A DNA stretch of 64,000 nt. Source: Eledone cirrhosa. Its lineage: Eukaryota. The stretch lies in the NCBI GenBank assembly GCA_964016885.1, contig OZ024740.1, forward strand, positions 317,750,001 through 317,814,000, written 5' to 3'. The stretch's first letter is position 1; the number at the start of each line of letters is the position of its first letter. This document shows positions 1-15,700 of the stretch, piece by piece. The position numbers and the translations under genes were made by a program. The notes below the pieces were generated by a model. That model did not search any database. It saw only the letters and a list, made by a program, of their open reading frames with translations, and had not been told where the DNA came from.

Positions 1-45
1 CCTCCAATCTATACACCACTCCAGACCTTCAATCTATACACCACT

Positions 46-1000
46 CCAGACCTTCAATCCATACTCCACTCCAGACTTCCAATCTATACAGCACTCCAGA
101 CCTCCAAGATATACACCACTCCAGACCTCCAATCTATACACCACTCTAGAACACTAATCTATACACCACTCAAGACCTCCAATCTATACACCACTCCAGA
201 CCTCCAATCTTTACACCACTCAAGACCACCAATCTATACACCACTCAAGACCTCCAATCTATACACCAATCCAGACCTCCAATCTATACACCACTCCAGA
301 CTTCAATTATATACACCACTCCACACTTCCAATCTATACACCACTCCAGACTTCCAATCTATACACCACTCCAGACCTTCAATCCATACACCATACCAGA
401 CTTCCAATCTATACACCACTCCAGGCCCCCAATCTATACACCACTCCAGACCTCCAATCTATACACCACTCCAGACCTCCAATCTATACACCACTCTAGA
501 CCACCAATCTATACACCACTCCAGACCTCCAATCTATACACCACTCCAGGCCTCCGATCTATACTCCACTCCAGACCACCAAGCTATACACCACTCTAGA
601 CCACTAATCTATACACCACTCCAGGCCACCAATTTATACACCACTCTAGACCACTAATCTATACACCACTCCAGACCTCCAATCTATACTCCACTCCAGA
701 CCTCCAATCTATACACCACTCCAGACCTCCAATCTATATACCACACAAGACCACCAATCTAAACACTACTCTAGACTTCCAATCTATAAACCACACCAGA
801 CCTCCTATCTATACACCACTCCAGACCTCCAATCTATACACCACTCTAGACCTTCAATCCATACTCCACTCCAGACTTCCAATCTATACACCACTCCAGA
901 CCTCCAAGATATACACCACTCCAGACCTCCAATCTATACACCACTCTAGAACACTAATCTATACACCACTCCAGACCTCAAATCTATACACCACTCCAGG
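46..1000 (+). repeat. Local duplication with 800 bp offset (about 46-200 repeated at about 846-1000)
   Basis: The rare variants CCTTCAATCCATACTCC (51/851), CCTCCAAGAT (101/901) and ACACTAATCT after TCTAGA (151/951) recur in the same order exactly 800 bp (32 monomers) apart. Confidence 0.75.
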
Positions 1001-1079
1001 CCTCCAATCTATACACCACTCAACACCACCAATCTATACACCACTCCAGGCCTCCAATCTATACACTACTCGAGACCAC

Positions 1080-4000
1080 CAATCTATACACCACTCCAGA
1101 CCACTAATCTATACAGCGCTCCAGACTTCTAATCTATACACCACTCCAGACTTCCAATCTATACACCACTCTAGACCACCAATCTATAAACCACTCCAGA
1201 CCTCCAATCCATACACCACTCCAGACCTCCAATCCATACACCACTCTAGACCACCAATCTATAAACCACTCCAGACCTCCAATCCATATACCACTCCAGA
1301 CTTCCAATCTATACACCACTTCAGACACAAAGCTATACACCATTCCAGACATCCAATCTATACACCACTCCAGACATTCAATCCATATACCACTCCAGAC
1401 TTCCAATCTATACACCACTCCAGACACAAAGCTATACACCATTCCAGACATCCAATCTATACACCACTCTAGACCATCAATCTATACACCACTCCAGACC
1501 TCCAATCTATACACCACTCCAGTACTCCAATCTATACATCACTCCAGACTTCCAATCTATACACCACTCCAGACCTCCAATCTATACACCACTATAGACC
1601 TCCAATCTATACACCACTCCAGACTTCCAATCTATACACCACTCCAGACCTCAAATTTATACACCACTCTAGTCCACTAATCTATACACCACTCTAGACC
1701 TGCAATCTATACACCACTTCAGACCTCCAATCTATACACCACTCCAGACCTCCAATCTATACACCACTCCAGACCTCCAATATATACACCATTCCAGACT
1801 TCCAATCTATACACCACTCCAGACCACCAATCTATACACCACTCCAGACCTCCGATCTATACACCAATCCAGACCTCCAATCTATACACCACTCCAGACT
1901 TCAAATCTATACACCACTCCAGACTTCCAATCTATACACCACTCCAGACCTTCAATCCATACACCATACCAGACTTCCAATCTATACACCACTCCAGATT
2001 TCTAATCTATACACCGCTCCAGACCTCCAAGCTATACACCACTCCAGACCTCCAATCTATACACCACTCTAGACCACTAATCTATACACCACTCAAGACC
2101 TCCAATCTATACACCACTCTAGACCTCCAATCTATACACCACTCTAGACCACTAATCTATACACCACTCCAGACCACCAATCTACACACCACTCCAGACT
2201 TCCAATCTATACACCACTCCAGAATTCCAATCTAAACACCACTCCGGACCTACAATCCATGCACCACTCCAGAACTCCAATCTATACACCACTCCAGACC
2301 TTGAATCCATACACCACTTCAGACTTCCAATCTTTACACCACTCAAGACCTCCAATCTATACACCACTCTAGACCACTAATCTATACACCACTCCAGACC
2401 TCCAATCTATACACCACTCCAGATTCCAATCTATACACCACTCCAGATATCCAATCTATACGCCACTCCAGTACTCCAATCTATACACCACTCCAGGCCT
2501 CCAATATATACACCACTCCAATCCACCAATCTATACACCACTCGAGACCACCAATCTATACACCACTCCAGACCACTAATCTATACACCACTCCAGACTT
2601 CCAATCTATACACCACTCCAGGCCCCCAATCTATACACTACTCCAGACCTCCAATCTATACACCACTCCAGACCTCCAATCTATACACCACTCTAGACCA
2701 CCAATCTATACACCACTCCAGATCTCCAATCCATATACCAATCCAGACTTCCAATCTATACACCGTTCCAGACAACCAATCTATACACCACTCTAGACCA
2801 TCAATCTATACACCACTCCAGACCTCCAATCTATACACAATTCCAGACCTCCAATCTATACACCACTCCAGGCTTCCAATCTATACACCATTCCAGACTT
2901 CCAATCTATACACCACTCTAGGCCCCCAATCTATACACCACCCCAGACTTCCAATCTATACACCACTCCAGACCTCCAATCTATACACCACTCTAGACCA
3001 CCAATCTATACACCATTTAGACCTCCAATCCATACACCACTCCAGACCTCCAAACTATACGCCACTCCATACCTTCTATCCATACACTACTCCAGACTTC
3101 CAAGCTATACACCACTCCAGACACCAAGCTATACACCACTCCAGACTTCCAATCTATACACCACTCTAGACCACCAATCTATAAACCACTCCAGACCTCC
3201 AATCCATACACCACTCCAGACCTCCAATCCATACACCACTCTAGACCACCAATCTATAAACCACTCCAGACCTCCAATCCATATACCCCTCCAGACTTCC
3301 AATCTATACACCACTTCAGACACAAAGCTATACACCATTCCAGACATCCAATCTATACACCACTCTAGACCATCAATCTATACACCACTCCAGACCTCCA
3401 ATCTATACACCACTCCAGACATTCAATCCATATACCACTCCAGACTTCCAATCTATACACCACTCCAGACACAAAGCTATACACCATTCCAGACATCCAA
3501 TCTATACACCACTCTAGACCATCAATCTATACACCACTCCAGACCTCCAATCTATACACCACTCCAGTACTCCAATCTATACATCACTCCAGACTTCCAA
3601 TCTATACACCACTCCAGACCTCCAATCTATACACCACTATAGACCTCCAATCTATACACCACTCCAGACTTCCAATCTATACACCACTCCAGACCTCAAA
3701 TTTATACACCACTCTAGTCCACTAATCTATACACCACTCTAGACCTGCAATCTATACACCACTTCAGACCTCCAATCTATACACCACTCCAGACCTCCAA
3801 TCTATACACCACTCCAGACCTCCAATATATACACCATTCCAGACTTCCAATCTATACACCACTCCAGACCACCAATCTATACACCACTCCAGACCTCCGA
3901 TCTATACACCAATCCAGACCTCCAATCTATACACCACTCCAGACTTCAAATCTATACACCACTCCAGACTTCCAATCTATACACCACTCCAGATTTCTAA

Positions 4001-6780
4001 TCTATACACCGCTCCAGACCTCCAAGCTCTACACCACTCCAGACCTCCAATCTATACACCACTCTAGACCACTAATCTATACACCACTCAAGACCTCCAA
4101 TCTATACACCACTCTAGACCTCCAATCTATACACCACTCTAGACCACTAATCTATACACCACTCCAGACCACCAATCTATACACCACTCCAGACTTCCAA
4201 TCTATACACCACTCCAGAATTCCAATCTAAACACCACTCCGGACCTACAATCCATGCACCACTCCAGAACTCCAATCTATACACCACTCCAGACCTTGAA
4301 TCCATACACCACTTCAGACTTCCAATCTTTACACCACTCAAGACCTCCAATCTATACACCACTCTAGACCACTAATCTATAAACCACTCCAGACCTCCAA
4401 TCTATACACCACTCCAGATTCCAATCTATACACCACTCCAGATATCCAATCTATACGCCACTCCAGTACTCCAATCTATACACCACTCCAGGCCTCCAAT
4501 ATATACACCACTCCAATCCACCAATCTATACACCACTCGAGACCACCAATCTATACACCACTCCAGACCACTAATCTATACACCACTCCAGACTTCCAAT
4601 CTATACACCACTCCAGGCCCCCAATCTATACACTACTCCAGACCTCCAATCTATACACCACTCCAGACCTCCAATCTATACACCACTCTAGACCACCAAT
4701 CTATACACCACTCCAGATCTCCAATCCATATACCAATCCAGACTTCCAATCTATACACCGTTCCAGACAACCAATCTATACACCACTCTAGACCATCAAT
4801 CTATACACCACTCCAGACCTCCAATCTATACACAATTCCAGACCTCCAATCTATACACCACTCCAGGCTTCCAATCTATACACCATTCCAGACTTCCAAT
4901 CTATACACCACTCTAGGCCCCCAATCTATACACCACCCCAGACTTCCAATCTATACACCACTCCAGACCTCCAATCTATACACCACTCTAGACCACCAAT
5001 CTATACACCATTTAGACCTCCAATCCATACACCACTCCAGACCTCCAAACTATACGCCACTCCATACCTTCTATCCATACACTACTCCAGACTTCCAAGC
5101 TATACACCACTCCAGACACCAAGCTATACACCACTCCAGACCACTAATCTATACAGCGCTCCAGACTTCTAATCTATACACCACTCCAGACTTCCAATCT
5201 ATACACCACTCTAGACCACCAATCTATAAACCACTCCAGACCTCCAATCCATACACCACTCCAGACCTCCAATCCATACACCACTCTAGACCACCAATCT
5301 ATAAACCACTCCAGACCTCCAATCCATATACCACTCCAGACTTCCAATCTATACACCACTTCAGACACAAAGCTATACACCATTCCAGACATCCAATCTA
5401 TACACCACTCCAGACATTCAATCCATATACCACTCCAGACTTCCAATCTATACACCACTCCAGACACAAAGCTATACACCATTCCAGACATCCAATCTAT
5501 ACACCACTCTAGACCATCAATCTATACACCACTCCAGACCTCCAATCTATACACCACTCCAGTACTCCAATCTATACATCACTCCAGATTTCCAATCTAT
5601 ACACCACTCCAGACCTCCAATCTATACACCACTATAGACCTCCAATCTATACACCACTCCAGACTTCCAATCTATACACCACTCCAGACCTCAAATTTAT
5701 ACACCACTCTAGTCCACTAATCTATACACCACTCTAGACCTGCAATCTATACACCACTTCAGACCTCCAATCTATACACCACTCCAGACCTCCAATCTAT
5801 ACACCACTCCAGACCTCCAATATATACACCATTCCAGACCTCCAATCTATACACCACTCCAGACCACCAATCTATACACCACTCCAGACCTCCGATCTAT
5901 ACACCAATCCAGACCTCCAATCTATACACCACTCCAGACTTCAAATCTATACACCACTCCAGACTTCCAATCTATACACCACTCCAGACCTTCAATCCAT
6001 ACACCATACCAGACTTCCAATCTATACACCACTCCAGATTTCTAATCTATACACCGCTCCAGACCTCCAAGCTATACACCACTCCAGACCTCCAATCTAT
6101 ACACCACTCTAGACCACTAATCTATACACCACTCAAGACCTCCAATCTATACACCACTCGAGACCACCAATCTATACACCACTCGAGACCACCAATCTAT
6201 ACACCACTCCAGACCACTAATCTATACACCACTCCAGACTTCCAATCTATACACCACTCCAGGCCCCCAATCTATACACTACTCCAGACCTCCAATCTAT
6301 AAACCACTCCAGACCTCCAATCTATACACCACTCTAGACCACCAATCTATACACCACTCCAGATCTCCAATCCATATACCAATCCAGACTTCCAATCTAT
6401 ACACCGTTCCAGACAACCAATCTATACACCACTCTAGACCATCAATCTATACACCACTCCAGACCTCCAATCTATACACAATTCCAGACCTCCAATCTAT
6501 ACACCACCCCAGGCTTCCAATCTATACACCATTCCAGACTTCCAATCTATACACCACTCTAGGCCCCAAATCTATACACCACCCCAGACTTCCAATCTAT
6601 ACACCACTCCAGACCTCCAATCTATACACCACTCTAGACCACCAATCTATACACCATTTAGACCTCCAATCCATACACCACTCCAGACCTCCAAACTATA
6701 CGCCACTCCATACCTTCTATCCATACACTACTCCAGACTTCCAAGCTATACACCACTCCAGACACCAAGCTATACACCAC
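1080..6780 (+). repeat. HOR block A: about 3 copies of a ~2.0 kb (~80 monomer) unit
   Basis: GATATCCAATCTATACGCC at 2446/4441 and CCGTTCCAGACAACC at 2763/4758 give a 1995 bp offset, with a third CCGTT at 6404. Identical spurious ORFs occur at 1134/5174 (4040) and 2182/4177 (1995). Confidence 0.9.
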
Positions 6781-9700
6781 TCCAGGCCTCCAATCTATAC
6801 ACCACTCGAGACCACCAATCTATACACCACTCCAGACCACTAATCTATACACCACTCCAGACTTCCAATCTATACACCACTCCAGGCCCCCAATCTATAC
6901 ACCACTCCAGACCTCCAATCTATACACCACTCCAGACCTCCAATCTATACACCACTCCAGACCTTCAATCCATGCACCACTCCAGACTTACAATCTATAC
7001 ACCACTCCAGACCGCCAAGCTATACACCACTCAAGACCTCCAATCTATACACCACTCTAGACCACTAATCTATACACCACTCCAGACCTCCAATCTATAC
7101 ACCACTCCAGCTTCCAATCTATACACCACTCCAGATATCCAATCTATACACCACTCCAGTACTCCAATCTATACGCCACTCCAGGCCTCCAATATATAAA
7201 CCACTCCAATCCACCAATCTATACACCACTCCAGGCCTCCAATCTATACACCACTCTAGACCACCAATCTATACACCACTTCAGACCTCCAATCCATACA
7301 CCACTCCAGATCTCCAAACTATACACCACTCCATACCTTCTATCCATACACTACTCCAGACTTCCAAGCTATACACCACTCCAGACACCAAGCTATACAC
7401 CACTCCAGGCCTCCAATCTATACACCACTCCAGACCACTAATCTATACACCACTCCAGACTTCTAATCTATACACCACTCCGTACTTCCAATCTATACAC
7501 CACTCCAGGCCCCCAATCTATACACCACTCAAGACCTCCAGTCTATACACCACTCTAGACCACTAATCTATACACCACTCCAGACCTCCAATCTATACAC
7601 CACTCCAGATTCCAATCTATACACCACTCCAGATATCCAATCTATACACCACTCCAGTACTCCAATCTATACACCACTCCAGGCCTCCAATATATACACC
7701 ACTCCAATCCACCAATCTTTACACCACGCCAGACCACCAATCTATCCAACACTCCAGGCCTCCAATCTATACACCACTTGAGACCACGAGTCTATACACC
7801 ACTCCAGACTACTAATCTATGCGCCACTCCAGACTTCCAATCTATACACCATTCCACACTTCCAATCTATACACCACTCCAGGCCCCCAATCTATACACC
7901 ACCCCAGACCTCCTATCTATACACCACTCCCGACCTCCAATCTATACACCACTCGAGACCACCAATCTATACACCACTTCAGACCTCCAATCCATACACC
8001 ACTCCAGACCTCCAAACTATACACCACTCCATACCTTCTATCCATACACTACTCCAGACTTCCAAGCTATACACCACTCCAGACACCAAGCTATACACCA
8101 CTCCAGGCCTCCAATCTATACACCACTCGAGACCACCAATCTATACACCACTCCAGACCACTAATCTATACACCACTCCAGACTTCTGATCTATACACCA
8201 CTCCAGACTTCCAATCTATACACCAATCCAGGCCCCAATCTATACACCACTCTAGACCTCCAATCTATACACCACTCCAGACCTCCAATCTATACACCAC
8301 TCTAGACCACCAATCTATACACCACTCCAGACCTCCAATTCATACACCACTCTAGGCCACCAATCTATACACCACTCCAGACCTTCAACCCATATACCAC
8401 TCCAGACTTCCAATCTATACACCACTCCAGACCTCCAATCTATACACAATTCCAGACCTCCAATCTATACACCACTCCAGAGTTCCAATCTATACATCTC
8501 TCCAGGCACCCAATCTATACGCCACTCCTGACCTCCAATCTAAACACCACTCTAGACCACCAATCTATACACCACTCCAGACCTGAAATCTATACACCAC
8601 TTCAGACCTCCAATCTATACACCACTCCAGACCTCCAATCTATACACCACTCCAGTACTCCAATCTATACATCACTCCAGACCTCCAATCTATACTCCAC
8701 TCCAGACCACCAATCTATACACCACTCTAGACCACTAATCTATACACCACTCCAGACTTCCAATCTATACACCACTCCAGACTTCCTATCTATACACCAC
8801 TCCAGACTTCCAATCTATACAGCCCTCCAGACCTGCAATCTATACACCACTCCAGACTTCCAATCTATACACCACTCCAGACCACCAATCTATACACCAC
8901 TCCAGACCTGCAATCCATACACCACTCCAGAACTCCAATCTATACACCACTCCAGACCTCCAAGCTATACACCACTCCAGACCTCCAATCTATACACCAC
9001 TCTAGACCACTAATCTATACACCACTCAAGACCTCCAATCTATACACCACTCCAGACCTCCAATCTATACACCACTACATACTTCCAAAGTATACACCAC
9101 TCAAGATCTCCAATATATACACCACTCCAGACCTCCGATCTATACACCACTCTAGACCACTAATCTATACACCACTCCAGACCACCAATCTATACACCAC
9201 TCCAGACCTTCAATCCATACACCATACCAGACTTCCAATATATACACCACTCCAGATTTCTAATATATACACCACTCCAGACTTCCAATCTATACACCAC
9301 TCCAGACTTCTAATCTATACACCACTCCAGTACTCCAATCTATACAGCACTCCAGGCCTCCAATCTATACACCATTCCAGACCACCAATATATACACCAC
9401 TCCAGACCACCAATCTATACACCACTCGAGGCCTCCAATCTATACACCACTCGAGACCACCAATCTATACACCACTCCAGACCAATAATCTATACACCAC
9501 TCCAGACTTCCAATCTATATACCACTCCAGACTTCCAAGCTATACACCACTCCAGACACCAATCTATACACCACTCCAGGCCTCCAATCTATACACCACT
9601 CGAGACCACCAATCTATACACCACTCCAGACCACTAATCTATACAGCACTCCAGACTTCCAATCTATACACCACTCCAGGCCCCCAATCTATACACCATT

Positions 9701-12700
9701 CCAGACCTCCAATCTATACACCACTCCAGACCTCCAATCTATACACCACTCTAGACCACCAATCTATACACCACTCCAGATCTACAATCCATATACCTAT
9801 CCAGACTTCCAATCTATACACCACTCCAGACACCAAGCTATACACCACTCCAGACACCAAGCTATACACCACTCCAGGCCTCCAATCTATACACCACTCG
9901 AGACCACCAATCTATACACCACTCCAGACCACTAATCTATACACCACTCCAGACTTCCAATCTATACACCACTCCAGGCCCCCAATCTATACACCACTCC
10001 AGACCTCCAATCTATACATCACTCCAGACCTCCAATCTATACACCACTCCAGACCTTCAATCCATGCACCACTCCAGACTTCCAATCTATACACCACTCC
10101 AGACCTCCAAGCTATACAGCACTCAAGACCTCCAATCTATACACCACTCTAGACCACTAATCTATACACCACTCCAGACCTCCAATCTATACACCACTCC
10201 AGACTTCCAATCTATACACCACTCCAGATATCCAATCTATACACCACTCCTGTACTCCAATCTATACACCACTCCAGGCCTCCAATATATAAACCACTCC
10301 AATCCACCAATCTATACACCACTCCAGGCCTCCAATCTATACACCACTCGAGACCACCAATCTATACACCACGCCAGACCTCCAATCTATCCAACACTCC
10401 AGGCCTCCAATCTATACACCACTCTAGACCACCAATCTATACACCTCTTCAGACCTCCAATCCATACACCACTCCAGATCTCCAAACTATACACCACTCC
10501 ATACCTTCTATCCATACACCACTCCAGGCCTCCAATCTATACACCACTCCAGAGCACTAATCTATACACCACTCCAGACTTCTAATCTATACACCACTCC
10601 ATACTTCCAATCTATACACCACTCCATGCCCCCAATCTATACACCACTCCAGACCTCCAAGCTATACACCACTCAAGACCTCCAATCTATACACCAATCT
10701 AGACCACTAATCTATACACCACTCCAGACCTCCAATCTATACACCACTCCAGATTCCAATCTATACACCACTCCAGATATCCAATCTATACACCACTCCA
10801 GTACTCCAATCTATACACCACTCCAGGCCTCCAATATATACACCACTCCAATCCACCAATCTATACACCACTCCAAGCCTCCAATCTATACACCACTCGA
10901 GACCACCAATCTATACACCACGCCAGTCCTCCAATCTATCCACCACTCCAGGCCTCCAATCTATACACCACTTGAGACCACGAGTCTATACACCACGCCA
11001 GACTACTAATCTATGCGCCACTCCAGACTTCCAATCTATACACCATTCCACACTTCCAATCTATACACCACTCCAGGCCCCCAATCTATACACCACCCCA
11101 GACCTCCTATCTATACACCACTCCAGACCTCCAATCTATACACCACTCGAGACCACCAATCTATACACCACTTCAGACCTCCAATCCATACACCACTCCA
11201 GACCTCCAAACTATACACCACTCCATACCTTCTATCCATACACTACTCCAGACTTCCAAGCTATACACCACTCCAGACACCAAGCTATACACCACTCCAG
11301 GCCTCCAATCTATACACCACTCGAGACCACCAATCTATACACCACTCCAGACCACTAATCTATACACCACTCCAGACTTCTGATCTATACACCACTCCAG
11401 ACTTCCAATCTATACACCAATCCAGGCCCCAATCTATACACCACTCTAGACCTCCAATCTATACACCACTCCAGACCTCCAATCTATACACCACTCTAGA
11501 CCACCAATCTATACACCACTCCAGACCTCCAATTCATACACCACTCTAGGCCACCAATCTATACACCACTCCAGACCTTCAACCCATATACCACTCCAGA
11601 CTTCCAATCTATACACCACTCCAGACCTCCAATCTATACACAATTCCAGACCTCCAATCTATACACCACTCCAGAGTTCCAATCTATACATCTCTCCAGG
11701 CCCCCAATCTATACGCCACTCCTGACCTCCAATCTAAACACCACTCTAGACCACCAATCTATACACCACTCCAGACCTGAAATCTATACACCACTTCAGA
11801 CCTCCAATCTATACACCACTCCAGACCTCCAATCTATACACCACTCCAGTACTCCAATCTATACATCACTCCAGACCTCCAATCTATACTCCACTCCAGA
11901 CCACCAATCTATACACCACTCTAGACCACTAATCTATACACCACTCCAGACTTCCAATCTATACACCACTCCAGACTTCCTATCTATACACCACTCCAGA
12001 CTTCCAATCTATACAGCCCTCCAGACCTGCAATCTATACACCACTCCAGACTTCCAATCTATACACCACTCCAGACCACCAATCTATACACCACTCCAGA
12101 CCTGCAATCCATACACCACTCCAGAACTCCAATCTATACACCACTCCAGACCTCCAAGCTATACACCACTCCAGACCTCCAATCTATACACCACTCTAGA
12201 CCACTAATCTATACACCACTCAAGACCTCCAATCTATACACCACTCCAGACCTCCAATCTATACACCACTCCAGACCTTCAATCCATACACCATACCAGA
12301 CTTCCAATATATACACCACTCCAGATTTCTAATATATACACCACTCCAGACTTCCAATCTATACACCACTCCAGACTTCTAATCTATACACCACTCCAGT
12401 ACTCCAATCTATACAGCACTCCAGGCCTCCAATCTATACACCATTCCAGACCACCAACATATACACCACTCCAGACCACCAATCTATACACCACTCGAGG
12501 CCTCCAATCTATACACCACTCGAGACCACCAATCTATACACCACTCCAGACCAATAATCTATACACCACTCCAGACTTCCAATCTATATACCACTCCAGA
12601 CTTCCAAGCTATACACCACTCCAGACACCAATCTATACACCACTCCAGGCCTCCAATCTATACACCACTCGAGACCACCAATCTATACACCACTCCAGAC

Positions 12701-15700
12701 CACTAATCTATACAGCACTCCAGACTTCCAATCTATACACCACTCCAGGCCCCCAATCTATACACCATTCCAGACCTCCAATCTATACACCACTCCAGAC
12801 CTCCAATCTATACACCACTCTAGACCACCAATCTATACACCACTCCAGATCTACAATCCATATACCTATCCAGACTTCCAATCTATACACCACTCCAGAC
12901 ACCAAGCTATACACCACTCCAGACACCAAGCTATACACTACTCCAGGCCTCCAATCTATACACCACTCGAGACCACCAATCTATACACCACTCCAGACCA
13001 CTAATCTATACACCACTCCAGACTTCCAATCTATACACCACTCCAGGCCCCCAATCTATACACCACTCCAGACCTCCAATCTATACATCACTCCAGACCT
13101 CCAATCTATACACCACTCCAGACCTTCAATCCATGCACCACTCCAGACTTCCAATCTATACACCACTCCAGACCTCCAAGCTATACAGCACTCAAGACCT
13201 CCAATCTATACACCACTCTAGACCACTAATCTATACACCACTCCAGACCTCCAATCTATACACCACTCCAGACTTCCAATCTATACACCACTCCAGATAT
13301 CCAATCTATACACCACTCCTGTACTCCAATCTATACACCACTCCAGGCCTCCAATATATAAACCACTCCAATCCACCAATCTATACACCACTCCAGGCCT
13401 CCAATCTATACACCACTCGAGACCACCAATCTATACACCACGCCAGACCTCCAATCTATCCAACACTCCAGGCCTCCAATCTATACACCACTCTAGACCA
13501 CCAATCTATACACCTCTTTAGACCTCCAATCCATACACCACTCCAGATCTCCAAACTATACACCACTCCATACCTTCTATCCATACACCACTCCGGCCTC
13601 CAATCTATACACCACTCCAGAGCACTAATCTATACACCACTCCAGACTTCTAATCTATACACCACTCCATACTTCCAATCTATACACCACTCCATGCCCC
13701 CAATCTATACACCACTCCAGACCTCCAAGCTATACACCACTCAAGACCTCCAATCTATACACCAATCTAGACCACTAATCTATACACCACTCCAGACCTC
13801 CAATCTATACACCACTCCAGATTCCAATCTATACACCACTCCAGATATCCAATCTATACACCACTCCAGTACTCCAATCTATACACCACTCCAGGCCTCC
13901 AATATATACACCACTCCAATCCACCAATCTATACACCACTCCAAGCCTCCAATCTATACACCACTCGAGACCACCAATCTATACACCACGCCAGTCCTCC
14001 AATCTATCCACCACTCCAGGCCTCCAATCTATACACCACTTGAGACCACGAGTCTATACACCACGCCAGACTACTAATCTATGCGCCACTCCAGACTTCC
14101 AATCTATACACCATTCCACACTTCCAATCTATACACCACTCCAGGGCCCCAATCTATACACCACCCCAGACCTCCTATCTATACACCACTCCAGACCTCC
14201 AATCTATACACCACTCGAGACCACCAATCTATACACCACTTCAGACCTACAATCCATACACCACTCCAGACCTCCAAACTATAGACCACTCCATACCTTC
14301 TATCCATACACTACTCCAGACTTCCAAGCTATACACCACTCCAGACACCAAGCTATACACCACTCCAGGCCTCCAATCTATACACCACTCGAGACCACCA
14401 ATCTATACACCACTCCAGACCACTAATCTATACACCACTCTAGGCCACCAATCTATACACCACTCCAGACTTCCAATCTATACACCAATCCAGGCCCCAA
14501 TCTATACACCACTCTAGACCTCCAATCTATACACCACTCCTGACCTCCAATCTAAACACCACTCTAGACCACCAATCTATACACCACTCCAGACCTGAAA
14601 TCTATACACCACTTCAGACCTCCAATCTATACACCACTCCAGACCTCCAATCTATACACCACTCCAGTACTCCAATCTATACATCACTCCAGACCTCCAA
14701 TCTATACACCCCTTCAGACCTCCAATCTATACTCCACTCCAGACCACCAATCTATACACCACTCTAGACCACTAATCTATACACCACTCCAGACTTCCAA
14801 TCTGTACACCACTCCAGACTTCCTATCTATACACCACTCCAGACTTCCAATCTATACAGCACTCCAGACCTGCAATCTATACACCACTCCAGACTTCCAA
14901 TCTATACACCACTCCAGACCACCAATCTATACACCACTCCAGACCTGCAATCCATACACCACTCCAGAACTCCAATCTATACACCACTCCAGACCTCCAA
15001 GCTATACACCACTCCAGACCTCCAATCTATACACCACTCTAGACCACTAATCTATACAGCACTCAAGACCTCCAATCTATACACCACTCCAGACCTCCAA
15101 TCTATACACCACTACATACTTCCAATGTATACACCACTCAAGATCTCCAATATATACACCACTCCAGACCTCCGATCTATACACCACTCTAGACCACTAA
15201 TCTATACACCACTCCAGACCTCCAATCTATACACCAATCCGGACCTCCAATCTATACACTACTCCAGACTTCCAATCTATACACCACTCCAGACTTCCAA
15301 TCTATACACCACTCCAGACCTTCAATCCATACACCATACCAGACTTCCAATCTATACACCACTCCAGATTTCTAATATATACACCACTCCAGACTTCCAA
15401 TCTATACACCACTCCAGACTTCTAATCTATACACCACTCCAGTACACCAATCTATACAGCACTCCAGGCCTCCAATCTATACACCAATCCAGACCACCAA
15501 CCTATACACCACTCCAGACTACCAATCTATACACCACTCGAGGCCTCCAATCTATACACCACTCGAGACCACCAATCTATACACCACTCCAGACCAATAA
15601 TCTATACACCACTCCAGACTTCAAATCTATACACCATTCCAGACTTCCAATCTATACACCACTCCAGGCCCCCAATCTATACACCACTCCAGACCTCCAA

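Noticed and set aside
10-14. TATA-like promoter element (TATAC) in each monomer
   Set aside because: TATACA is not a canonical TATAWAW box, and there is no downstream gene or other promoter context.
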